Shown here in pieces: positions 35,098 through 44,159 of a stretch of DNA of 64,000 bases. The notes below the pieces were generated by a model. That model did not search any database and had not been told where the DNA came from. It saw nothing but the letters and a program-made list of their open reading frames with translations. A program made the position numbers and the translations under genes. Position 1 is the stretch's first letter; each line of letters begins with the position of its first letter. The DNA is from Candidatus Binatia bacterium (GTDB taxonomy: Bacteria > Desulfobacterota > Binatia > Bin18): positions 288,001-352,000 of the forward strand of contig CAXXHG010000043.1 in NCBI GenBank assembly GCA_963666315.2, read 5' to 3'.

Positions 35098-36522
35098 ATG
35101 GATGAAAAAGTTGTGAATCGGCTGTGTGAACTGGTCGGCCCGGATGGGGTGGTGGCCAACAAAAACGCGCTCTCGGTCTATGACTGCGACGGATATACGC
35201 TGGAAAAATCCATCCCTGAGATCGTGGTCCTGCCGCACTCAACCGAAGAAGTTTCAGCGGTTGTTAAATTTCTGAACAAAGAAAAGATCGCCTTTGTTCC
35301 TCGCGGGGCTGGGACGGGACTGAGTGGTGGCTGCCTGCCGGTCGAGGCACCGGTCATGATAGGCACGAGTCGGCTCAATAAGATTGTGCATATCGACGTG
35401 CTGAATCGCTACGTTGTTGCCCAGTCTGGAGTGGTAAACCTGTGGGTGAGTAACGCCGTAAAAGATCAGGGCTTACAGTATGCACCTGACCCGTCTAGCC
35501 AGCAGGCGTGCACCATAGGCGGCAACGTGGCCGAGAACTCTGGTGGTCCACATACGCTCAAATACGGTGTTACGACCAACCATGTGCTAGGCCTGGAAGT
35601 CGTTCTGCCTGATGGAGAAATCGTGACCTTAGGCGGAACTGTGGAAGACGTCCCTGGTTATGACCTGCGCGGCATTACCATTGGTTCAGAAGGTACGTTT
35701 GGCATTGTCACCCAAGCTGCTCTACGACTGACGCGTCAGCCGCAAGCCTACCGGACCTTTCTGGCCGTATTTGAGTCCGTTCACCAGGCAACCCAAACAG
35801 TATCGGGCATTATTTCCTCCGGCATTGTTCCCGCCGCTCTGGAAATGATGGACACGCTTATCATCCAAGCTGTAGAGGAAGCCTTTCATTTCGGCTTTCC
35901 AACCGATGCCGGTGCTGTGCTGATCATCGAAATTGACGGCCTTACCGCCAGCCTTGATCCGCAGACAATCAAGATTCAGGACGTTTGTAAGCAGAATAAC
36001 GCCCGTGAGGTCCGTATCGCCCGCGACGATGCCGAACGTATGGCGTTATGGAAGAGTCGTAAGCGTGCGTTCGGGGCAATCGGGCGTTTATCTCCGAATT
36101 ATTGTACCCAAGATGGTGTTGTCCCCAGAACAAAAATCCCTGAGATTTTGCGGCGTATCATCGCAGTGGCGGACAAGTACCAGCTTCGGATTGCCAATGT
36201 TTTTCACGCCGGAGACGGGAATATTCATCCGATTCTGTTGTATGATGAGCGCGATGCCGACGAAACCCAGCGTGTGGTCAAAGCGGGCCAGGAGATCTTG
36301 GAGGCCTGTATCGATCTGGGTGGAAGTCTGACCGGCGAGCACGGCATCGGCATAGAAAAAATGAACCTGATGCCGCTCATGTTCAGTCCAGAAGATCTTC
36401 TGGTCATGACCCAGCTCCGCTCTGTCTTTAATCCCGATAATCTGTGTAACCCGAACAAGATCATTCCGACACCAGGCGGGTGCATTGATGTCAAAACCCC
36501 TAGACGTCAAGTCCCGCTGTAG
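35098..36522 (+). CDS. glcD: Glycolate oxidase FAD subunit GlcD-like
   Basis: PRGAGTGLSGG, PDPSSQ, FHAGDGNIHP, GEHGIG; start ATG 35098. Confidence 0.92.
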   Translation: MDEKVVNRLCELVGPDGVVANKNALSVYDCDGYTLEKSIPEIVVLPHSTEEVSAVVKFLNKEKIAFVPRGAGTGLSGGCLPVEAPVMIGTSRLNKIVHIDVLNRYVVAQSGVVNLWVSNAVKDQGLQYAPDPSSQQACTIGGNVAENSGGPHTLKYGVTTNHVLGLEVVLPDGEIVTLGGTVEDVPGYDLRGITIGSEGTFGIVTQAALRLTRQPQAYRTFLAVFESVHQATQTVSGIISSGIVPAALEMMDTLIIQAVEEAFHFGFPTDAGAVLIIEIDGLTASLDPQTIKIQDVCKQNNAREVRIARDDAERMALWKSRKRAFGAIGRLSPNYCTQDGVVPRTKIPEILRRIIAVADKYQLRIANVFHAGDGNIHPILLYDERDADETQRVVKAGQEILEACIDLGGSLTGEHGIGIEKMNLMPLMFSPEDLLVMTQLRSVFNPDNLCNPNKIIPTPGGCIDVKTPRRQVPL

Positions 36523-36552
36523 CACGGGATCCTGCCCGAGAAAGCGAGACGC

Positions 36553-37836
36553 ATGAGCGAGGCTGAAGATCGCCAGAAATTTATTATTGATGGGAAAGAA
36601 CCGCAAACGGTTGCCTATCCCACATCCATCGACGAAGTTTCGCAACTTCTCAAAGAGGCGAATGAACAAGGCCGAGCGGTGAGCCCTATTGGGCACGGGA
36701 CGTTTCTGCATATTGGCGGGGTACCGAAACGCTATGATCTGGCGCTTTCCACCAAGGCCCTCAATCATATTGTTGACTACCATCCGATTGACATGACGGT
36801 AAGGGTTGAAGCAGGCATGACCCTGGCTCAGCTCCAAGCGACGCTTGGAGAACATGCTCAGTGGTTACCGCTCGACCCCCCCCTTCCTGAGCGAACGACT
36901 ATCGGCGGGATCATTGCTGCGAATTTGAATGGACCAGCCCGACTCTCCCAAGGGACCGTCCGTGACTTTTTGATTGGTTTGGGAGTCGTTCGGTCGGACG
37001 GGACATTGATCAAAGGTGGCGGCCAGGTGGTCAAAAACGTTGCCGGCTATGATCTGCCCAAGCTGTATTGTGGCTCGTTCGGCACGCTGGGCGTTATTGT
37101 CGAAGCCACTTTTATGGTGCGTCCGCGACCCGAGACGCAAATAACACTGGCATTCACGTTTCCCTCGGCTGAGAAAGCCGGGGAGGCTGCACTCAAGATC
37201 ACAGGCTCAGATTTGCAACCCTTTTTCCTTGAGCTGGCCAATTTCTCTCCTTGGACTCATTCGCCAGATCAGGTAGGCCAAGGGGAGAAAGAGAAGGAAT
37301 ACTGTCTGTTCTTGGGTTTTGCCGGCATCAGAGAAGAGGTGGATGATCAACGCGCACGCATCCGTGACATAATCGGTGAAGGGGAATATCAAGTTGAAGA
37401 GCTGGCGGAAGATACGGCACGGACGCTCTCGCAAACCTTGCGAGATTTTCCTGTATCCGGAAAGGCCGCGTTACGGTGTAAAGTCGGTCTTTTATCAACC
37501 CAGCTGGCAACGTTCTGTGCCGACCTGGATACAGAAGCGCAGCGCCGCCAGATTCCCGGACGTCTCTTAGCCCGGGCGGGCAATGGTGTCCTGTACTGTG
37601 CTTTTGATGCAGAAGCCGTTGCCAACGATCAGCTCTTGGGTCTGGTTGACTGGATACGTGTACATGCAACGCGAAACAATGGATTTGCCGTTGTTGAAGA
37701 GATCGCCTCGGCGCTTAAAGGACGAGCCGATGTGTGGGGTAACGTGGGAAAAGCGTTTCCTCTGATGCGAAAGCTAAAAGAAACCCTTGACCCGAACGGT
37801 ATTTTGAATCCCGGCCGGTTTGTTGGTGGGATATAA
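36553..37836 (+). CDS. glcE: Glycolate oxidase FAD-binding subunit GlcE-like
   Basis: GGQVVKNVAGYDL, DPNGILNPGR. Confidence 0.88.
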   Translation: MSEAEDRQKFIIDGKEPQTVAYPTSIDEVSQLLKEANEQGRAVSPIGHGTFLHIGGVPKRYDLALSTKALNHIVDYHPIDMTVRVEAGMTLAQLQATLGEHAQWLPLDPPLPERTTIGGIIAANLNGPARLSQGTVRDFLIGLGVVRSDGTLIKGGGQVVKNVAGYDLPKLYCGSFGTLGVIVEATFMVRPRPETQITLAFTFPSAEKAGEAALKITGSDLQPFFLELANFSPWTHSPDQVGQGEKEKEYCLFLGFAGIREEVDDQRARIRDIIGEGEYQVEELAEDTARTLSQTLRDFPVSGKAALRCKVGLLSTQLATFCADLDTEAQRRQIPGRLLARAGNGVLYCAFDAEAVANDQLLGLVDWIRVHATRNNGFAVVEEIASALKGRADVWGNVGKAFPLMRKLKETLDPNGILNPGRFVGGI

Positions 37837-39096
37837 ATGGAAAACGTATCTTTTGTTGATCACGAAAAATTCTTTGACTGCGTGCATTGCGGCTTATGCC
37901 TGGCTGCATGTCCGACCTATGTCGAACTAGGCACAGAGATGGACTCGCCCAGGGGGCGTATTGTGATGATGCGTGCGCTCCAGGAGGGACACGCCGAGCT
38001 CAACGAGGAGGTCGTCCATCATCTTGACCTGTGCCTTGGCTGCCTGGCGTGTGAAACAGCCTGCCCGTCCGGGGTGCAGTACGGCAAACTCATCGAGGGT
38101 GCTCGGTCGTTTATCGAGCAGCATTACCATCGGTCGTTGCTCGAGCGGATCAAGCGCTGGACAATGAATAAGGTTTTCCCCAATACGTTGGCCATCCGCC
38201 TCTTCGCCCTGGTCCTGAAGACTGGGGCCGCACTCGGACTTGGCCGTTTTGCTCGGTCAGAAGTGATGCCACCGAAACTGCGCTACTGGTGTAGCCTGCT
38301 GCCGGAGCGCGGAACAGTGTCTTCTGCTTCCCTGCTTGAGCGCTATGCAGCGATTGGTGAGAAACGCTATACCGTCGCCGTCCTCTCTGGCTGTGTGATG
38401 CCGGCTCTATTTGGCGCAACGAATCAGTCCACAGTCAAGGTGCTGCGCCACAACGGCTGCGAAGTCCTTGTCCCCAAGGCTCAATCATGCTGCGGGGCGC
38501 TGCTGCTGCATAATGGCGATAAAGACTCGGCCCTGTCTCTGGCCAAACACAATATTGACGTCTTTAGCAAGCTTGAGTTTGATGCCCTCATCATCAACGC
38601 CGCTGGGTGTGGGGCGATGATGAAAGAGTACGATGACCTGTTCAAACACGATCCTGCCTACCGGGAAAAAGCTGAACGCCTGACGGAAAAAATGAAAGAT
38701 GTGGCCGAGTTTATTGGCAGCCTGCCGCTCAAGACGCCGACGCGTGAGGTGAGAGCGAAGGTCACCTATCATGATGCCTGTCACCTGGCACATGCACAGG
38801 GCGTCCGAGAGCAGCCGCGCGCCTTGCTTCAGCAGATTCCCGGCCTGACACTAACCGAGCTCCCTGAATCGGACTGGTGCTGCGGCAGTGCCGGCACCTA
38901 TAATCTGACCCAACCCGAAATGGCGGCCCAGCTGCTCGAGCGGAAAGTCGGCAATATCCAGACAACCGAGGCCGACGTCGTAGTGACCAGCAATCCGGGC
39001 TGTTTAATGCAGATCCGGGCTGGTCTGCAGCAGCGCGGATTGCCAATAAAAGCCGTGCATGCCATTGATCTGCTGGCTGAGGCCTACGAGGAGTAG
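37837..39096 (+). CDS. glcF: Glycolate oxidase Fe-S subunit GlcF-like
   Basis: Two CxxCxxCxxxCP motifs, CCG domains. Confidence 0.92.
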   Translation: MENVSFVDHEKFFDCVHCGLCLAACPTYVELGTEMDSPRGRIVMMRALQEGHAELNEEVVHHLDLCLGCLACETACPSGVQYGKLIEGARSFIEQHYHRSLLERIKRWTMNKVFPNTLAIRLFALVLKTGAALGLGRFARSEVMPPKLRYWCSLLPERGTVSSASLLERYAAIGEKRYTVAVLSGCVMPALFGATNQSTVKVLRHNGCEVLVPKAQSCCGALLLHNGDKDSALSLAKHNIDVFSKLEFDALIINAAGCGAMMKEYDDLFKHDPAYREKAERLTEKMKDVAEFIGSLPLKTPTREVRAKVTYHDACHLAHAQGVREQPRALLQQIPGLTLTELPESDWCCGSAGTYNLTQPEMAAQLLERKVGNIQTTEADVVVTSNPGCLMQIRAGLQQRGLPIKAVHAIDLLAEAYEE

Positions 39097-39143
39097 CCTA
39101 CCATCAACTGCAGATTCCCGGCGATGCAAATTGGCAAAGCGGG

Positions 39144-40304
39144 TCACTTCACTTTAAGCATTTCCTGTTCGTCAAAGTCGTATAAGCGGAGACAGTTTTT
39201 CCACATGATCTTTTGTTTTGAGTCTAGTCCCACCCCAGGTAGCTCTAGAAACTCTTTGATCCCGTTCGGGAAAGGACCGTCGGCATGCGGATAATCCACA
39301 GACATGACAATATTATCGTCGCCGACCTTATCGACTGTGACAGCTAAGAGCTCTTCGTCGACGTCAGTACCAATAAAGCATTGGCGCTTAAAATATTCGC
39401 TCGGCTTAGCCGAGAGTTTTATTTCCTCGCCGCCACCATACTTCTTCCACTGGTCGTCGAGACGGTCTAACCACCATGGCAGCCAGCCACAATTGCCTTC
39501 CAGAAAACCTACCCGCAGGTCTGGAAAACGCTCAAGCACACCGCCCACAGTCATGGCACCCATCGCCAGCATCAGCTCCATGGGAAAGGCTGAGGAGTGG
39601 TTCAGCGTCCGGAAATTGGGATGGCCGCGATACCGATTCGTGGCGTAATCCTTAGACGCACCACCGCTGGTCCCGTGGAACGCCAGAGGCACGTTCAGCC
39701 GAGCGATCTCCTTCCACAGCACATCGCACTCGCGAGCGTTGAAATAGCGTCCATTGCAGGGCATGGGCAGGAGCACGACGGCAACATGGCCCTTGTCCTC
39801 TACCGCCCGCCGCGCTTCGGCTGCCGCGAGTTCAGGATCGTGCAGTGAAACAATGGCAGACGCTTTGAGACGCTGCGCGTTAGTCTGACAGTAATCGGCC
39901 AGCCAATCATTAAACGCTGCGCAATACGCAGTAGCATACTCCGGCTCTAAGTCATCAATCGAGACGACCATGTGGGCAAAGGTGCGATAGACAATGCCAA
40001 TATCGATGCCTTCGGCATCCATGGCTTCGAGCGTCGAGGCCGGCTCATACTTGCGCTCACGGACCGACTTATACAAATGCTCGGTTGGTGCGTCGAGGTA
40101 TTTCTGAGCCTTCACGACGTCTTCTGACTGGGCCCAGGGTGGAATCATTTGTCCCTGCACATCCCAATGCGGAAAATTGGTCGGGCTCCAACCCAGGTAA
40201 CGCGGCATCTTGTCACGGTATTTTTCGTCTATGTATTTTTCGTAGACCTCACCCGTCTCAATAACGTGGAGGTCGCTGTCCATGACATGAAAGCCTTCTC
40301 GCAT
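39144..40304 (-). CDS. Amidohydrolase family protein (amidohydro_2)
   Basis: DSDLHV, LERFPDLRVGFLE, VDYPHAD. Confidence 0.9.
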   Translation of the reverse strand: MREGFHVMDSDLHVIETGEVYEKYIDEKYRDKMPRYLGWSPTNFPHWDVQGQMIPPWAQSEDVVKAQKYLDAPTEHLYKSVRERKYEPASTLEAMDAEGIDIGIVYRTFAHMVVSIDDLEPEYATAYCAAFNDWLADYCQTNAQRLKASAIVSLHDPELAAAEARRAVEDKGHVAVVLLPMPCNGRYFNARECDVLWKEIARLNVPLAFHGTSGGASKDYATNRYRGHPNFRTLNHSSAFPMELMLAMGAMTVGGVLERFPDLRVGFLEGNCGWLPWWLDRLDDQWKKYGGGEEIKLSAKPSEYFKRQCFIGTDVDEELLAVTVDKVGDDNIVMSVDYPHADGPFPNGIKEFLELPGVGLDSKQKIMWKNCLRLYDFDEQEMLKVK

Positions 40305-40467
40305 ATTTTTCTGTCCTCTCTGGGGCACAGTGATAATGTCTGACTAACATATCGGTTGTGCCGTTTGGCTCAAGAGGGCCGTCTACCCCCGATGAGCACC
40401 GAGGAGAATGGTCTTTGACGCCGGAATCCGGCACGATTTGGACCTGGAAAAAAGAAAAGAAAGGACA

Positions 40468-40512
40468 TGCCCCCGGCGCGATTCGAACGCACGACCCCCG
40501 GATTAGGAATCC
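40468..40512 (-). pseudogene. 3' half of tRNA-Arg(CCT), att-like duplication
   Basis: GGA-TTCCTAA-TCC anticodon arm, GTTCGAAT T-loop, CGGGGGCA acceptor 3' strand; no D-arm or 5' strand. Confidence 0.85.
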
Positions 40513-40661
40513 ATCCGTCCAAGTTTTGCGCCTATTCTGTGCCCTATTTTATAGGTAGTTAGAGACTAGTGCCGCATTCCTGTCCAGTCACTTGGGTCCA
40601 TTGCTAAGAAACTCCAGGGGCGGTCTCAGAAGGTGGGGCGCGGTCAGATTCTGCTCAAGGC

Positions 40662-40844
40662 AAGGTTGACTGGGCGGTGGAGATGGCGGAACTGCTGCGG
40701 ACACGTTACGCGGACGCGACCAGAGTCCTCTTAGTTTGCAACAACCTGAACACGCACCCGATGGGCACGTTTTACGAAGCGTTTCCCGCCGAGCAAGCCC
40801 GGGAGCTTGTGCGGCGGGTGGAGTTTCGGTACACCCCCAAGTAG
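40662..40844 (+). mobile_element. IS630-family transposase fragment
   Basis: KVDWAVEMAELL...VCNNLNTH...FYEAFPAEQARELVRRVEFRYTPK*. Confidence 0.85.
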
Positions 40845-40877
40845 GGCTGTTTAGACAATTTAAAGAACGATATGAAC

Positions 40878-40943
40878 GGGTGTTGGGGAGTGGGTATTAC
40901 GGGTTAGTGAAATCCAACCCCCAGCCCCTAAATCCTAATCCCT
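40878..40943. repeat. Degenerate G-rich/C-rich short-period inverted repeat (hairpin-like)
   Basis: GGGTGTTGGGGAGTGGGTATTACGGGTTAG ... CCAACCCCCAGCCCCTAAATCCTAATCCC. Confidence 0.45.
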
Positions 40944-40945
40944 TT

Positions 40946-42397
40946 TTATTGTCCCTCTTTGATTCCCGCCAACTCACGAGCGTATGCCGCCGCGGCAGCA
41001 AAATCATATTCGCGGTAGGTCTGAATCTTTTCCGCTTCGAGCGACCCCTCGGCATGGACGGCTAAGACTTCTTGATAGCCGCCATAATCAGATGCGGTCA
41101 GATCAGAAATCAGATTCATCATCCGCAACCGGTGCTCGGTTGAGGTGCCCTTTTTTCCACCGAGATATTTCTGGACATACGGGCCGGTCGCTTCACTGCG
41201 CCAATCCTCGACACTCGGACCAGTGACGAGTAGCCCTCCGCTGACATCCTGTACCATCTGTACGGCCTGGTGATAGTTGGCCGCAAACTGGTATTTGGCC
41301 ACATTGGTCATCAGCGTGTTCGGCATCGCGATGCCCGGCGGCACAACTGAGTGCTGGTGGGCTGCTGCCAGAATCAACCCTTGGACGGTAGCGTGGTAGC
41401 TGGCCAATTTAGTCAGCTTCTCGCGAATATGACCGGCTTTCTCGATGCCGTTGTACTCGGCAATTGCCTGGGATGCGCCAGCCAGAAGTTCCAGCAAAGG
41501 CAGTTTATAAGAGACGGCAGTAAAGCGGTGAAATTTCACGAAGGTCAGGGCCATCAAACCCGCGGCTGCCACCTCGCCGGCCAAGAAAACGCGCTCCCAG
41601 GGGACAAACACATCGTCGAAGACCGTCAGCGTCTCCATCATTTTGTGCTTGGCGCTAATCGGATACTCGAAGGCATCTCTCTCGAAGCCACCATAGGAGC
41701 TGGCTAGGAGCTTCAGCCCTTTTGTGGCAGCAGGCACGGCAAATGCCACTGCGTAGTCTTCATCACCTTCGCGCATAGCGCGGGTAGGCAGGACAATGAT
41801 TTCGTCCGTATTCGTGGACACTGAGGTATGGATCTTCGCTCCGCGGACGACGATACCGTCGTCACGCCGGTCCACAATCCGTAAATAATAATCTGGATGT
41901 TCCTGCCCCTGGGGGCCCAGGCTACGGTCGCCTTTTACGTCGCTCTGTGCCACGGCAACGGCGTAATCGTTGTCGCGACACAGTTCATAATACTTTTGTA
42001 CCCGTTCACGATATTGTCCCGCGCCGTGTTTGGCCATCTCTTCGGCGACAATATGGAGAGCGAAGAGTGCGTCCGTACCGATTTCTTTGATCAGAATCAC
42101 CAAGGTCGCGCCCTCGCGGGTGCCGGCCGCAATCAAGCGACTGCGTTGGAGAAGATCTTCGGTATTGCGCGGGATATGGTAAAAGCGCGAATATACTACG
42201 CCGGTCTCGGGATCCGTGACAACGGCGAGATCACGATAGCGTGGGTCTTCGGCCATCTGATAGTCGATGCAGGCGTGTTCAACCGCCTTCCTAATCACAG
42301 GATGGGTGGTAACATCGTCGACCTTCTCGCCCCGATAATAGACCTCCCGGCCGTCTCGCAGACTCTCTTTATATTGCTCCGGTGTGCGCAAACCCAT
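40946..42397 (-). CDS. 4-hydroxyphenylacetate 3-hydroxylase family protein
   Basis: YKESLRDGREVYYRGE, SDVKGDRS, IVVRGAK, VFDDVFVPWERVF. Confidence 0.9.
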   Translation of the reverse strand: MGLRTPEQYKESLRDGREVYYRGEKVDDVTTHPVIRKAVEHACIDYQMAEDPRYRDLAVVTDPETGVVYSRFYHIPRNTEDLLQRSRLIAAGTREGATLVILIKEIGTDALFALHIVAEEMAKHGAGQYRERVQKYYELCRDNDYAVAVAQSDVKGDRSLGPQGQEHPDYYLRIVDRRDDGIVVRGAKIHTSVSTNTDEIIVLPTRAMREGDEDYAVAFAVPAATKGLKLLASSYGGFERDAFEYPISAKHKMMETLTVFDDVFVPWERVFLAGEVAAAGLMALTFVKFHRFTAVSYKLPLLELLAGASQAIAEYNGIEKAGHIREKLTKLASYHATVQGLILAAAHQHSVVPPGIAMPNTLMTNVAKYQFAANYHQAVQMVQDVSGGLLVTGPSVEDWRSEATGPYVQKYLGGKKGTSTEHRLRMMNLISDLTASDYGGYQEVLAVHAEGSLEAEKIQTYREYDFAAAAAYARELAGIKEGQ

Positions 42398-42631
42398 GCT
42401 ATACTCCTCGTCTGGAAAAGTGCAGTGAGTATAACCGTGACCCGGCTTATTTGTCCATCTCCCCCTACAGCCCGCGCTAAGATAAGGAGACAGCGGTGCT
42501 CAGCAAGCGATGTTGAGAAAAAGCTGTGGAAAATGGCGAGGATTGCCGCTACCAAGCATGCCTCACAGAGGAAGACCTTCATGCGAGACATACAAGACAG
42601 ACAAGATATAGATGGGTCGTGTATTCCGAAA

Positions 42632-42856
42632 CTACTCAGCGGTGGGAAAACCCAAAAGAGTTGACCAGGTTCGTTCAGGAAAGCTGTCTAGCGAATGGGA
42701 CACGGAGATCTTTGCTCCGGCAAAATTCCCCCGGAGCCGGACTTTGCCGCTGTTTATCAATGCGGTCACTGCGGTAGCCACCTCCTGATCGTCGTCAGTG
42801 ACCCGATTAACCCCTTGCAGTAAATCAATCAATGTACATTCAATCTGCTTTTGCAT
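42632..42856 (-). CDS. Small hypothetical protein (74 aa)
   Basis: GGGGAGG RBS; DDQEVATAVTALINSGKVRLRGNFAGAKI; sigma54-like promoter upstream. Confidence 0.7.
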   Translation of the reverse strand: MQKQIECTLIDLLQGVNRVTDDDQEVATAVTALINSGKVRLRGNFAGAKISVSHSLDSFPERTWSTLLGFPTAE

Positions 42857-42890
42857 TGTTTCCTCCCCCTTTGTTCGTAGAGGAAAGTTA

Positions 42891-42906
42891 AGCAAATTTC
42901 AAGCCA
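42891..42906 (-). promoter_or_regulatory. Putative sigma54 (-24/-12) promoter
   Basis: TGGCTTGAAATTTGCT has GG-N10-GC spacing. Confidence 0.6.
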
Positions 42907-43036
42907 AAATAAACATAGCCAATGACATACACAATATATTCTCCAATGTTTCAATATTGCACATGAATTTATTCTGTCAGCTGTCCTCCACACAAAAGGT
43001 ACGGCAAAATATTGCCACCTCTCTGTGCTCTTTTTG

Positions 43037-43546
43037 TCACTTCTCGCGCACAGTTTGCAGAGATAGAGACTGCAGGGTGAGCCGGAGCAGTGTTGTTGGA
43101 GCCTTTGGTACAGAGGAGGATTCCGAACTCGTCACTGTTCCCAATTCCTCCAGCTTGTCACGCAGCTCGGTCAATTTTGCAGAGGGGACAGAGAGAACGA
43201 TCAGGTCTTTTTCATCTTTCACCAATACCGCTGCCTCAAACTGCTGGATAACGGCCCGCACCTCGGCATGCATTTCTGCCGGGCCTTGCTGATCTTTTTG
43301 ATCTTGCTGATCTTGGCTCGAGAACTCCCAGGAAAGGGTAATGATAATACTACCACTCCCCTCAGGAAAAGCGGAAGCGCCGTCTTGAGACCAGCCTGGC
43401 AGTGCTGAACTGAACGTCAGCACCAATAGAGTCAGGCCCAAAACAAGACAGACAAGACGGGATTGATATTTCCTTTGCATTTGTTTTTCCATACCTGCGT
43501 CCCCCATTCTCATTGTGCCGTCTTCTCTAGCCCGAGAAAAGACCAT
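43037..43546 (-). CDS. Hypothetical exported protein (start uncertain)
   Basis: Signal-peptide-like segment, then small alpha/beta domain (VPSAKLTELRDKLEELG). Confidence 0.6.
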   Translation of the reverse strand: MVFSRAREDGTMRMGDAGMEKQMQRKYQSRLVCLVLGLTLLVLTFSSALPGWSQDGASAFPEGSGSIIITLSWEFSSQDQQDQKDQQGPAEMHAEVRAVIQQFEAAVLVKDEKDLIVLSVPSAKLTELRDKLEELGTVTSSESSSVPKAPTTLLRLTLQSLSLQTVREK

Positions 43547-43642
43547 CTTTTGGTCAGCGCTACTCCTCGTGTCTCATTTGCGTTGCAATCAAACACAGCG
43601 TACTGTCTGCGGCATACTCACACGTAGCCAGCCCACTCTTAT

Positions 43643-44143
43643 ATGGCAAGACGTCAACCCAAGAACGTCAAGGGACGTACGCAACAAGACAAAAGAATCG
43701 GGGCAACACTCCTTCGTATTCTGGGCGGACTATCGACCGAGGAACTCAGTGACCCCGACAAGACAGCCCGCTCGATAGACCGAACCGTTCGTATTATTGC
43801 GGCCTATACTGTCGTGGCCGCATTCGCGATTTTCTTTTTATCGATTCCCAGTTTTATTCGACCGGACGGCAGTCTACACGTAGAAAATTTTGCAGCATTT
43901 TTCCGGATTGGAAATCAGTTCGCTGATTGCCTGGCGCTCCTCTCGCTGAGCCTTTTTCTTGCACGCTCAAAAAACCTGCCCATTGCAGTTATCCTCGCAG
44001 GCCTCGCCGGCTTTGAATCGTATGTCTACGCGCAACACTTCGTAATGCACGATTTTGTCATGCTGCTGATGAGTCTCATGGTCCTGGTGCACGCCCTCCA
44101 GATTCTGGGACTCCTGATCTTCGGACACAAAAACGCCGCGTAA
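43643..44143 (+). CDS. Hypothetical membrane protein (about 4 TM)
   Basis: Basic N-terminus, hydrophobic helices; ends 16 nt before the symporter start. Confidence 0.7.
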   Translation: MARRQPKNVKGRTQQDKRIGATLLRILGGLSTEELSDPDKTARSIDRTVRIIAAYTVVAAFAIFFLSIPSFIRPDGSLHVENFAAFFRIGNQFADCLALLSLSLFLARSKNLPIAVILAGLAGFESYVYAQHFVMHDFVMLLMSLMVLVHALQILGLLIFGHKNAA

Positions 44144-44159
44144 ACAATAGAGACGATGT

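Noticed and set aside
40468-40545. Complete tRNA-Arg gene
   Set aside because: No D-arm and no GCCCCCG 5' acceptor strand, so it is reported only as a fragment.
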